64,000 nucleotides of DNA from Ignavibacteriota bacterium (GCA_963790045.1 CAWBMS010000010.1:57228-121227), one strand, 5' to 3'; positions 51,980 to 61,600 are shown, counted from the first letter of the stretch. Translations and numbers: made by a program. The notes: a model not told the origin generated them from the sequence alone.

Positions 51980-52015
51980 AAGCGGGCGGGAAGTTTTCCC
52001 GCCCGCTTAATTTTT
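51980..52015 (+). terminator. strong rho-independent terminator
   Basis: AAGCGGGCGGGA (51980-51991) pairs with TCCCGCCCGCTT (51997-52008), then AATTTTT. Confidence 0.88.
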
Positions 52016-52152
52016 AAGAGTGGCGGCGGGGTTGGGCATAGAATAAAAAGGAAAATTGTTTTACCTTTATTCATACAAAAAATTTCTGTTGTTGTCTGTA
52101 TTTATTAAAGAGTTTGTTGTAAATTATTTATCATACAATTGAGAACTAACAA

Positions 52153-52197
52153 ATGAAAGTTGTGATTTTAGCAGGCGGATTGGGAATATCGTTGTAA
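52153..52197 (+). pseudogene. 14-codon relic of a sugar-1-phosphate nucleotidyltransferase gene (RfbF/RmlA-like N-terminus)
   Basis: ATG 52153: MKVVILAGGLGISL*. MKVVILAGGLG is the canonical N-terminus/G-x-G-x-R-L loop start of glucose-1-phosphate cytidylyl/thymidylyltransferases. The reading frame dies where the composition switches to AT-rich. Confidence 0.55.
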
Positions 52198-52281
52198 TTC
52201 AACGAACAGATAAAATACACAGTAAATAGACAACTTTAATTGAAAAATTGGTCAGATTAATTTTATATATGTATCGTTAAA

Positions 52282-52761
52282 ATGAAGAAAATGTTGAAAC
52301 CCAAATATTTAGTATTTGATGTTGATGGAGTTATGACTACGGGACAATTTTTATATTCAAAGAACGGAAAAGAATATAAAATATTTGGTCCACATGATAA
52401 CGATGGCATTAAACTCCTTAAAAATAAAATTAAGATTATATTTATAACTGCCGATAAAAGGGGATATCCAATAACTAAAAAACGTATTGTCGATGATATG
52501 AAGCAACAACTCTATGTTGTTGGCGAAGATGAACGCTATGAATTTATAAAAAATGGATATGGATTCAAAAACACTATTTATATGGGGGATGGTATCCATG
52601 ATGTAGAGATTTTAAAAGAATGTCTTTTTTCAATTTCTCCCCAAAATGCCCGAAAAGAAACAAAGAAGGTTGTGCATTATGTTACACCTTCGAAATCAGC
52701 TGAGGGAGCGGTCTTGGATGCCTGTTTGAAAATTGATTCTTTGTTTTTCAAAGGAAAATAA
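52282..52761 (+). CDS. KdsC-family HAD-superfamily sugar-phosphate phosphatase
   Basis: 159-aa ORF. Nucleophile motif LVFDVDGVMTTG, ...NDGIKLL..., YMGDGIHDVEIL, GEGAVLDACLKI-type end as in KDO-8-P / KDN-9-P phosphatases. Confidence 0.82.
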   Translation: MKKMLKPKYLVFDVDGVMTTGQFLYSKNGKEYKIFGPHDNDGIKLLKNKIKIIFITADKRGYPITKKRIVDDMKQQLYVVGEDERYEFIKNGYGFKNTIYMGDGIHDVEILKECLFSISPQNARKETKKVVHYVTPSKSAEGAVLDACLKIDSLFFKGK

Positions 52762-53316
52762 ATGTATCAGCAGTACAGGTCAAAAATTCTTGAAGAGATA
52801 GATTTTGTTCTTTCTGCAGTCAATGAAAGGGATATTGATGTTCTCATTGATGCAATTCTTATAGCCAAAAAGATCGTAGTCTGTGGTGCAGGCAGGGTTG
52901 GAATGGCAATTAGAGGGTTTGGAATGCGCCTTGGTCATCTTGGATTCAATGCGTATACGCTTGGGGATTCGACTGTTCCGGCTATTGCGAAGGATGACCT
53001 TTTAATTGTTGCTTCTGGATCTGGTGAAACACAAACCATCTATGATATTGCACTATTAGGAAAAAATAACGGCTCACACATCGCCCTCTTGACAGGTAAT
53101 AGAGATTCACGTATTGGAAAATTAGCTGGCATCATAATAGAAATGAAAGCCCCTTCTAAGACAAAATCAGTTGAAGGATTTTCCTCGATTCAACCAATGA
53201 CAACTCTTAATGAACAGTGTCTAGGATTATTGTTTGATACGATAGTTTTAATATTAATGGAAAAAACAAAAGAAACTCATGATACAATGTGGGCACGCCA
53301 TAGTAATTTAGAATAG
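52762..53316 (+). CDS. SIS-domain sugar-phosphate isomerase, 6-phospho-3-hexuloisomerase (PHI)-like
   Basis: 184-aa ORF. VVCGAGRVGMAIRGFGMRLGHLGFNAY...LLIVASGSGETQT...IQPMTTLNEQC. Starts the base after the upstream stop. Confidence 0.8.
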   Translation: MYQQYRSKILEEIDFVLSAVNERDIDVLIDAILIAKKIVVCGAGRVGMAIRGFGMRLGHLGFNAYTLGDSTVPAIAKDDLLIVASGSGETQTIYDIALLGKNNGSHIALLTGNRDSRIGKLAGIIIEMKAPSKTKSVEGFSSIQPMTTLNEQCLGLLFDTIVLILMEKTKETHDTMWARHSNLE

Positions 53317-53324
53317 GGTTGATA

Positions 53325-54005
53325 ATGAACAAAACTTATAAAATATCGGCGTCGTTGATTTGTGCAAATATCCTTAATCTGGAATCAGAAATAAAAAAGA
53401 TAGAAGCCGGAGGTTGTGATTATATTCATATTGATGTTATGGATGGAGTTTTTGTACCTCGTCTGGGAATGTATCCAGAGATTGTGTCGGCAGTTCGGCG
53501 AATCACATCCCTTCCTATGGATGTTCACCTGATGATTGCTGATGCGGAAAAATATATTAACGTCTTTGTCGATGCTGGAGCGAATATTATTACCGTTCAT
53601 CCAGAAGCATGTGTACATCTTCACAGAACCCTGACAGCCATTAAAAAAGCTGGAGTAAAAGCAGGTATTAGTTTGAATCATGCCACATCATTATTCGTGC
53701 TTGATTACATTCTTGATGAAGTTGATTTAATTTTACTTATGGCAATTAATCCAGGAATCGTTGGACATAAACTTATACCTAAAGCGATAGAAAAAATATC
53801 ACAATTAAAACAAAAAATTGGTGAAGATAATAAAGATATGATCATCGAAGTCGATGGCGGGGTCACCTTTGAGACTGCTCCCCAAATGTTGGAAGCAGGG
53901 GCTAATATGCTTGTTTGCGGTAGCTCTACAATATTTAAACCGGATATCTCCGTTGATATTAAGATAAGCGAATTTAAAAAACATCTCTCTACATTTGGGT
54001 ATTAA
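53325..54005 (+). CDS. ribulose-phosphate 3-epimerase-family (divergent) sugar-phosphate epimerase
   Basis: ISASLICANILNLESEIKKIEAGGCDYIHIDVMDGVFVPRLGMYPE...DVHLM...EVDGG. Has the RPE TIM-barrel pattern, but DGVFVPR replaces the canonical DGHFVPN. Confidence 0.78.
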   Translation: MNKTYKISASLICANILNLESEIKKIEAGGCDYIHIDVMDGVFVPRLGMYPEIVSAVRRITSLPMDVHLMIADAEKYINVFVDAGANIITVHPEACVHLHRTLTAIKKAGVKAGISLNHATSLFVLDYILDEVDLILLMAINPGIVGHKLIPKAIEKISQLKQKIGEDNKDMIIEVDGGVTFETAPQMLEAGANMLVCGSSTIFKPDISVDIKISEFKKHLSTFGY

Positions 54006-54009
54006 TTGT

Positions 54010-55574
54010 ATGAAATATAAAGTATTAATAGCGTCAGCAGGTCTTGGACGAAGATTAAAGGGCATGTCTAAAAATGTAAATAAAGCTTTAATTTCAATTG
54101 TGGTACAAACCGGCTATATCATATATCATTGAAAAATTTAAAAATGACGTTGAATTTGTTATCCCCGTTGGCTATAAAGCTAACACTATCAAGGATTATC
54201 TTACGTTAGCTTATCCTGAAAGAAAATTTACATTTGTTGATGTAGATTTGTATGAAGGTGAGGGTTCTGGTTTGGGATACAGTATTATGCAATGTGAAAA
54301 GTATCTTCAATTACCGTTTATTTTTTCATCAAATGATACAATAGTTCTTGAACAAATTAAAGTGCCAGAAAATAATTGGATGGGTTATGCTCAAACCGAA
54401 GACAGTAATCAATATAGAAGTCTGAGAATTGAAAAAAGAAAAGTCATAGAGATTTGCCCTAAAGGTACTGAAGGAGATGTAAAGCCATACATAGGATTAG
54501 CGGGCATTTTTGACTATAAGGAATTTTGGGCTGCTATGAAAAATGGCACAAATCAAGGTTCAATAGAAATCGGTGAAAGTTATGGGCTTAAATTTTTAGT
54601 TGAAAAAGATATTGAACCTATTTCATTTACTTGGTTTGATACCGGAAATATTGATGCTTTGGAGAAGACCAGAAAATATTTTAGAAAAGATACAGATGCA
54701 AATATTCTAGAAAAAAGAAGATGAAGCAATCTGGTTCGTCAATGGAAAGGTTATCAAATTTTCAGTAGATACAAAATTTATTTCTGGCAGAGTAAATCGA
54801 TCAAAACAAATCTCAGGATTTGTTCCTGAAATTCTTGCTTCAACAGAGAACATGTATCTATACAAAAAAATAAAAGGTGAAGTGTTTTCAAAAACTCCAA
54901 CTATAAGCACATTCAAATATTTCCTTGATTGGATGGAAATGTTTTGGATAAAAAAAGATCTTGATAAAAAACAAGGTGAAGATTTTAAAACTGTTTGTAT
55001 GGATTTCTATAAAGACAAAACATATAAAAGAGTTAAACAATATTTTGCAACATTCGAGCAAATTGATAGTGAAGAAATAATTAATGGTGTTAAAATATCC
55101 AAAATATTTGATTTGCTGGACAAAGTAGATTGGAACAGTATAACTAATGGAGTTCCCGTCAGATTCCACGGTGACTTGCATTTTGAAAACATTCTAATAA
55201 ATTCAGAAGATAAAAGTCCCTTTACTTTGCTTGATTGGCGGCAAGATTTTGGTGGCATAAATGACTATGGGGATATTTACTATGATTTTGCAAAATTAAA
55301 TCATGGGTTAATTATTTCACATGAACTAATTGATAAGAATTTATTTGAAGTGAAGCAAAAACTTAATACTGTGCACTATGATTTTTTAAGGAAACAAAAC
55401 TTAGTTGAATGTGAAACATATTTCAAAGAATGGATCGAAGATAAGGGGTATGATAGCAAAAAAGTGGAATTAATGACGGCCATAATATTTCTTAATATCG
55501 CAGCATTACATCATTATCCTTATAGTTTGCTTCTATTCTATCTTGGAAAAAGCATGCTTCACAAATTAGTATAA
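54010..55574 (+). pseudogene. fused nucleotidyltransferase / APH-fold (choline-kinase/anomeric-sugar-kinase-like) kinase; two frame breaks
   Basis: ATG 54010: MKYKVLIASAGLGRRLKGMSKNVNKALISI (NTP-transferase G-loop), then +1 into ORF 54098-54724 (...YKPAISYIIEKF...SSNDTIV...FDTGN...). It then shifts +1 in A6 (54711-54716) into the frame of ORF 54852-55574, open from 54711: KKEDEAIWFVNGKVIKF...RFHGDLHFENILIN...LLDWRQDFGG...YGDIYYDFAKL. Confidence 0.72.
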
Positions 55575-55609
55575 ATTGTTGTCGCTATACATTGAAAGGA
55601 TTTCTATAT

Positions 55610-56746
55610 ATGCAAATGATTAGTCGTGATCGTTGTGCTTTCACTGGTGTAAAAGATTTAGAGCCTCTTTATTCTTTTAAACAGTTTCCTGTTTTTATGG
55701 GGTGTAGCAAGGGCAACAAGTCCGACGACTTAAAGGCAAACATGGTGTGGATGATTAGTAAAAGTTCAGGGTCAATACAACTGAGCGAATTATTGCCATT
55801 GGACATCCTATATCCAGAGTCACATGGGGCTGGATGTATAGGTGGTCTGTGGGGTAAACACCATAAATCCTTTGCAGATTTTATTTATCAATTTAATCCA
55901 TCTTCAATATTTGAAATTGGAGGAGCACATGGAATATTAGCGAATGAATATTGTAAGATGAAGAATATTCCATGGACAATATTGGAACCAAATCCTGTAC
56001 CAATATCAGGCAGCAATGCTCATTTTATTAAAGGTTTCTTTGACGAAAAATTTCAATATTCTGAACCATATGATGCAGTGGTTCATTCGCATTTATTTGA
56101 ACATATTTATGAGCCTGATAATTTCATGAATCATCTCTCCAATTTTATGGATAATGGAAAGTATTTGATTTTTTCAATCCCCAATATGCAAATTATGCTG
56201 GAACGAAAATACACTAACTGCATCAATTTTGAGCACACAATATTTCTTACGGAACCATATGTTGAATATCTGCTCGCTAAACATGCTTTCCGTCTTGTTA
56301 AAAAAGAATACTTCATGGGTGACCATAGTATTTTTTATGCTGCTATTAAAGACATTTCATTAAAGCCCAATGAACTTCCCAATGGATTATACGAAAAAAA
56401 TAAAAAACTATACAACGATTATATACTTTATCATGAAAAACTGATATCAGAGTTAAACAATAACATGCATTCAACTCATCAGAATGTTTTCTTATTTGGC
56501 GCTCATGTTTTTGCACAGTATTTAATTGGCTTTGGTTTAGATACAAGCCGTATAAACTCTATATTAGATAATGACAGCAATAAACAAGGCAAGCGGCTTT
56601 ATGGTACGTCGTTAAATGTACATTCACCCAAAAAGCTGAAAGACCAAAATTCGCCAATAGTAATTCTGAAGGCCGGTGTTTATAATGAGGAGATAAAGAA
56701 AGATATACTTGGAAATATTAATCAGAATACTGTTTTTTGGGAATAA
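55610..56746 (+). CDS. class I SAM-dependent methyltransferase of the NDP-sugar C-methyltransferase-like architecture
   Basis: SAM motif IFEIGGAHGILA, VVHSHLFEHIYEP, plus a C-terminal Rossmann-like domain (VFLFGAHVFAQYL...ILDNDSNKQGK). ATG 55610 is preferred over TTG 55592. Confidence 0.7.
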   Translation: MQMISRDRCAFTGVKDLEPLYSFKQFPVFMGCSKGNKSDDLKANMVWMISKSSGSIQLSELLPLDILYPESHGAGCIGGLWGKHHKSFADFIYQFNPSSIFEIGGAHGILANEYCKMKNIPWTILEPNPVPISGSNAHFIKGFFDEKFQYSEPYDAVVHSHLFEHIYEPDNFMNHLSNFMDNGKYLIFSIPNMQIMLERKYTNCINFEHTIFLTEPYVEYLLAKHAFRLVKKEYFMGDHSIFYAAIKDISLKPNELPNGLYEKNKKLYNDYILYHEKLISELNNNMHSTHQNVFLFGAHVFAQYLIGFGLDTSRINSILDNDSNKQGKRLYGTSLNVHSPKKLKDQNSPIVILKAGVYNEEIKKDILGNINQNTVFWE

Positions 56747-56866
56747 AAGGCCTTTCATGATCGCTTTTAGGAGTCATAAATTAGTTTTAAGGACATCTAA
56801 AAATTTTGAATATAACAAATTGATAAGAATTGTCGATTTATCATAATTGTTTTTAATATAATTTAT

Positions 56867-58087
56867 ATGCGATTTATTTTTTATAATCCTCATTCGATCT
56901 CTTGGTATAAACCACCAGTCTTTTTTCAATTACGAAGGAGAAGAAATTCTCAAAAGTATACCTACTTATTAGACTATTTTTTAAAAAAGCAAAAAGAAGT
57001 ATTCGTTTACATTGATCTCCATAAATTATCGCCGCGGCGTGGAATACGCAAATTTTTACCTCCATTTACTATGTTTTATGCCTGGGCCATTTTTAATCGT
57101 ATTAATCCATTGCATCTTAAAATAATTAAAGAAATTACTGAAATAAAAGATGACGACATAATCTTTATGTTCTTGTATGGTAATTTTACAAATCAATTTG
57201 GAGATATTTCCGATGCAAGAATAAAATTAAATAATCTTATTGGTTCAAGCAATGCTTTTAAAGTTGTCCATTTAACACATTACATGTATCATGCAAATAT
57301 TGGATCATTTAACGCTTATAATGCAAAAATAGATTTATTTGTTGCTGAAAACAACCTTTCCCGTAACAGCAAGTTTTTTCAAGCTACTTTCAGTTGGTAT
57401 AAAAAAGATGTCTATCTTCTACCCTTTGTTCCAAAAGATAAATTTAAAAGATTAAAGACGTTCAACGAAAGGAAAAACAAGGCTATTGCAACAGGATCAA
57501 TAACTTTTCCGATGGACGATGGTGTATTCCTTTCGTTTTTCGGTCATTCCATGTTGCAACCCATGCGTTCAAAGATATACGAAAACAGAAATAATTTGTA
57601 TAAATATATTGAATCAGTAATTTCTCCAATTAATGAAAAGGGAGGATTCGATACCGAACAAAAAAAATATTACAGCTATGATATTGGATTACTGTACAAT
57701 GACTATAAAATGTTTGTTGTACCTGAAGAAATTGCTGATTTACCTGGCATTGGATTTGTCGAAGGTATGAAATGTGGCTCAGTCTATATTGGATTGAGAG
57801 ATCCGATGTATCAAGATTTAGGGTTAATAGATAAAATCCATTATATAGGATATGATGGTTCGTTAAGAGACTTAATTGATAAAATTAAATATTATCAGTT
57901 CCATGAAAATGAATTAGAAATTATCGCAGAACAAGGATACCGTTTTATAACGGATAAATTTACTCCTGAAAAAGTTGCTGGAAAATTTTATCAAGATTTA
58001 GAATTATTATTAGAAGCAAAAAATAAAAATTTGCAACGGGTTGCTTCGTCATTCCTTGTGCATGAAAAATCTCAAGATCCAAAGTGA
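56867..58087 (+). CDS. putative glycosyltransferase (CgeB-like / Glyco_trans_1_2-type C-terminal domain)
   Basis: 406-aa ORF. The C-terminal third (...FVEGMKCGSVYIGLRD...YYQFHENELEIIAEQGYRFITDKFTPEKV) resembles the CgeB/DUF3880-type GT domain. The N-terminal part is unassigned. Confidence 0.5.
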   Translation: MRFIFYNPHSISWYKPPVFFQLRRRRNSQKYTYLLDYFLKKQKEVFVYIDLHKLSPRRGIRKFLPPFTMFYAWAIFNRINPLHLKIIKEITEIKDDDIIFMFLYGNFTNQFGDISDARIKLNNLIGSSNAFKVVHLTHYMYHANIGSFNAYNAKIDLFVAENNLSRNSKFFQATFSWYKKDVYLLPFVPKDKFKRLKTFNERKNKAIATGSITFPMDDGVFLSFFGHSMLQPMRSKIYENRNNLYKYIESVISPINEKGGFDTEQKKYYSYDIGLLYNDYKMFVVPEEIADLPGIGFVEGMKCGSVYIGLRDPMYQDLGLIDKIHYIGYDGSLRDLIDKIKYYQFHENELEIIAEQGYRFITDKFTPEKVAGKFYQDLELLLEAKNKNLQRVASSFLVHEKSQDPK

Positions 58088-59685
58088 TATTTAAAAAAAG
58101 CCCGTCTTCATTTTTACGAGTCCTTGAAGGCTCAACATTTCGAGCGGGAATAACAAATACCTTTCTGGGTTTCTTTTCTAAGGTGCTTAGTTATTTAACC
58201 TATGCAATTGTTGCTTATATCTTTGGAAGTCAGAGACAAACAGATATTTATTATCTTGGTTTATCTTTTTCCGGTATTTGTTCTGGAATTGTAACCATTG
58301 TAGTCATTAGCGTCTTTTCGCCGATCCTGATTAAAATAAGAATAAAGCATTCAGTTATTGAAGCACGTCAATTTGCGGGATCAGTTTTGTTGTATCTTAT
58401 GATTTTTTCTTTTGCCGTGAGTTTGCTGACCTTATTGTATCCTATTGGAACCTTTAAGTTGGTTTCTCATTTCCCAATAGAAAGCTTACAAGAAAACCGA
58501 TCCATGCTTCTTTGGTTTTCGGCAATTATATTCCTAACTATAACAACCGAATTCGGAAGGGTTTATATCCAATCAATGGGAAAATTTTCGGTGATCGCCT
58601 TGATAACCGTTGTTCAATCATCGGTTCTTGTTGTCGGAATAGTGGCAATGGCTGGACTGTTTCAGATTAATGCTCTTGTCTTATCGATGATATTTTCTTT
58701 AGCAGTGCAATGCCTATTAGTATTCATTTTTTGTTTAAAAGAAAATATTCTCCCTATCGTTTCGATGGAATGGACATTATATCATAAAGAACTTGTTAAG
58801 GTTTCGACTCCGCTTGTTTTTGCCCATATTGTCACTTTGTTTGCAGGTTACTATCTGGATTATAGTGCTTCTGGACTTTCAGCGGGGATATTAACGGGAA
58901 TAGTCTTTGCACAGCGGCTATACATGCTGCCTGTATTGGTACTTTTCAATCCAGTTCTTGAAATTATCAACACAAAATTTTCTGAATATTTTCATCAAGA
59001 TGGCAATCTTCTGCAAAATAAATTCATAGAAGCACAAAGAATATTTTTCTTTTTCTTAACTCCAGTTATGGTGTTATTCATTTTATTTCGCAAAGAGCTT
59101 GTAACAATATTTTTTGTTAGGGGTTCATTTACAGATAGTGATGCATTGATAACAATTAATTGTCTTGCGATTTATTCAATAACTATAGTATCAAATTGTT
59201 TTCTTCAGATATGTTCCAGAATTTATTTTACAATGCAGAAGACCGGTTGGACATCTTTTTGGGGTTCAATCGGATTTATCATTTTGATTATAGCAACATA
59301 TGTATCGGTAAGGCGATATGGGTATTTGGGGATACCATTATCAAAGGTAAGTGTTGAGCTTTTCTATTTTATTCCTGTTGCGTTGCTTTTGGTTAGGAGA
59401 TATTTAGGGACATTACGACTTGCAGAATTATCGAAAGCATTATTAATCCTTATTGTGATATCAGTGAGTATTGGCGGATCTCTTTATTGGGTGATAACTC
59501 CATATTCAGTTTTTATACTGTCAGGCATTATTAAGTCCAGATTTGTATATACAACGATAAATTTATTCCTTATATCTATCGTTTTTGTAGTGTTATATGT
59601 TCTTATATTGCATAAAATAAAATTTAAAGAAATGATCATGATTGAAGATCGGATATCTTGTTTATGGTCGAAAGTTATTGCATGA
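58084..59685 (+). CDS. MOP-superfamily polysaccharide/oligosaccharide flippase (MurJ/Wzx-like)
   Basis: 533-aa ORF with ~14 hydrophobic segments. GTG start overlaps the upstream stop (GTGA). Confidence 0.72.
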   Translation: MIFKKSPSSFLRVLEGSTFRAGITNTFLGFFSKVLSYLTYAIVAYIFGSQRQTDIYYLGLSFSGICSGIVTIVVISVFSPILIKIRIKHSVIEARQFAGSVLLYLMIFSFAVSLLTLLYPIGTFKLVSHFPIESLQENRSMLLWFSAIIFLTITTEFGRVYIQSMGKFSVIALITVVQSSVLVVGIVAMAGLFQINALVLSMIFSLAVQCLLVFIFCLKENILPIVSMEWTLYHKELVKVSTPLVFAHIVTLFAGYYLDYSASGLSAGILTGIVFAQRLYMLPVLVLFNPVLEIINTKFSEYFHQDGNLLQNKFIEAQRIFFFFLTPVMVLFILFRKELVTIFFVRGSFTDSDALITINCLAIYSITIVSNCFLQICSRIYFTMQKTGWTSFWGSIGFIILIIATYVSVRRYGYLGIPLSKVSVELFYFIPVALLLVRRYLGTLRLAELSKALLILIVISVSIGGSLYWVITPYSVFILSGIIKSRFVYTTINLFLISIVFVVLYVLILHKIKFKEMIMIEDRISCLWSKVIA

Positions 59686-60332
59686 GTCATATTAAAAGAA
59701 CCATCAGACTTGTGTTTGATATACTCGCCATTGCAATATCATATCTTCTTACCGTCAAGGTCTTAGACTTTGTAAAAGAGTGGATTGGGAGCATTGTGTG
59801 GTATGTACATCGGCGAAAATTTAAATATATTGGAGAAAACTCAATAATTGAGGCACCCTTTGTTATTGAGGGACATCGGAATATTACGATAGGAAAGAAT
59901 TTCGCAAGTTTTGCACGATTAAGACTTGAGGCATTCGAAAGACACCTTAACAACTGGTACACACCTGAAATAATTATTGGCGACAATGTCAGTATCAATT
60001 ATGATTGTCACATAGGATGTGTAAATAAGATCATAATTGGTGATAACGTTCTTCTCGCGAGTAAGGTATATATTTCAGATCATTCACATGGCGAAGTTTC
60101 TAATGAAGAATTAAACATCCCACCATCACTACGAAAAGTAGTTTCCAAAGGACCAGTCATTATTGAGGATTGTGTTTGGATTGGTGAATGTGCAGTAATT
60201 CTTCCAGGAGTTCACATAGGCAAGTGTGCCGTGATTGGCGCAAATGCAGTCGTTACCAAAGATGTTCCCGCTTTTTCTATTGTTGGTGGAGTACCAGCAA
60301 AAATTATTAAACAATTTAATCCTGAGGTATAA
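59682..60332 (+). CDS. hexapeptide-repeat O-acetyltransferase (LacA/WbbJ-like)
   Basis: Left-handed beta-helix repeats [41 protein letters not shown]...[35 protein letters not shown] 59682 overlaps the flippase stop (ATGA). Confidence 0.85.
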   Translation: MSHIKRTIRLVFDILAIAISYLLTVKVLDFVKEWIGSIVWYVHRRKFKYIGENSIIEAPFVIEGHRNITIGKNFASFARLRLEAFERHLNNWYTPEIIIGDNVSINYDCHIGCVNKIIIGDNVLLASKVYISDHSHGEVSNEELNIPPSLRKVVSKGPVIIEDCVWIGECAVILPGVHIGKCAVIGANAVVTKDVPAFSIVGGVPAKIIKQFNPEV

Positions 60333-61600
60333 ATGGAGGCAGTCTTTACAATTGTTGCAAAAAATTATCTTGCACGCGCAATAACGTTGGGGGATTCAAT
60401 AAAAAAGAACAACCCGGAACTTGATTTTTTTATTTTTTTAGCAGATGAAATTGGTGATGCCGATATAGCTTCATGCAGCTATAAAGTAATTGAGGCGAAA
60501 GATATAAATATTTTATACTTCTATACAATAGCATTTCAATATAATATATTAGAGCTGTTATGGCAATTAAACCATATTGTTTTGATTATCTATTTAAAAC
60601 ATGCTCGTACAATAAAATTATTTATTTTGATCCAGATATTTATGTATTTAATAAGCTAAATATAATTTTCGAAAATTTAAATACGCATTCAATTGTAATT
60701 ACTCCTCATATTCTGACGATGGAGGAATCTTTTACAGGACATGTGAGTGAAGAAGAATTATTGTTTGTCGGAATGTATAATTTAGGATTCATTGGACTAA
60801 GAAATGATGTTACTGCGAATAGCATGTTAGTTTGGTGGAAAAATCGATTGGCCAATAAAGGATATGTCGATAAAATTGATGCTTTACATGTTGATCAAAA
60901 ATGGATGGATTTTTTGATTTGCTTTTATGATAAAGAATTACTCGTTTCACGAAATATTGGATATAATGTAGCTGTGTGGAATATTCATGAGCGATTTGTA
61001 ACATTAGAAGATTCAGAATATTATGTAGCATTAAGACACGATAAAAATACAAAATCGCCGTTGATTTTTTATCACTTTGCAGGGCTTGATCCTAAGAACA
61101 CTCAAACTGTCCATAAAGGCGCTCCGTCATCTCAATTTTTAAAATTTCCTGAGTTAATTCCACTATATGAATATTATAAAGAACACCTATTGAATAACAA
61201 CTATTATGGATATTTAAAATTGGATTATCGATATAACAAATTTGCAAATGGTTTTCCAATTATTGATTTTTATAGAAGACTATACAGATCTATAGCTCCT
61301 GATATAAAAACAATGGACGATCCTTTTCTATGTGGTAAAAATAGTTATTATGAATTATTAGAGAAAAACAACATTCTTTTTAAACCTAATAAACTGTCTG
61401 GAATAGGTGAATATGATAGCCATAAAGATTATAATGTTTCAACATCATTAAAAGTTATAGAGTTTATTTTAAAAAGTTTTAAAGCAATATTCGGAATAAG
61501 AAGATATATATTACTTCTTAAAATATTTAGAGAATATTATCGTTTTGAACGACAAGTATTTTTAATAAATAGAAGATCAATAAAGGATATATCATTATAA
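60333..61600 (+). pseudogene. putative nucleotide-diphospho-sugar glycosyltransferase; one frame break (-1 direction)
   Basis: ORF 60333-60659 (MEAVFTIVAKNYLARAITLGDSIKK...AFQYNILEL) continues in ORF 60560-61600 (AIKPYCFDYLFKT..YNKIIYFDPDIYVF...). Break at ~60556-60562. This is the only break in the window that needs a missing rather than an extra base. Confidence 0.6.

Noticed and set aside
51832-52074. 80-aa minus-strand ORF with a P/G/V-rich product
   Set aside because: It is antisense to the G/T/P-rich tail of the 51221-51955 gene and spans its terminator. It is a shadow frame.
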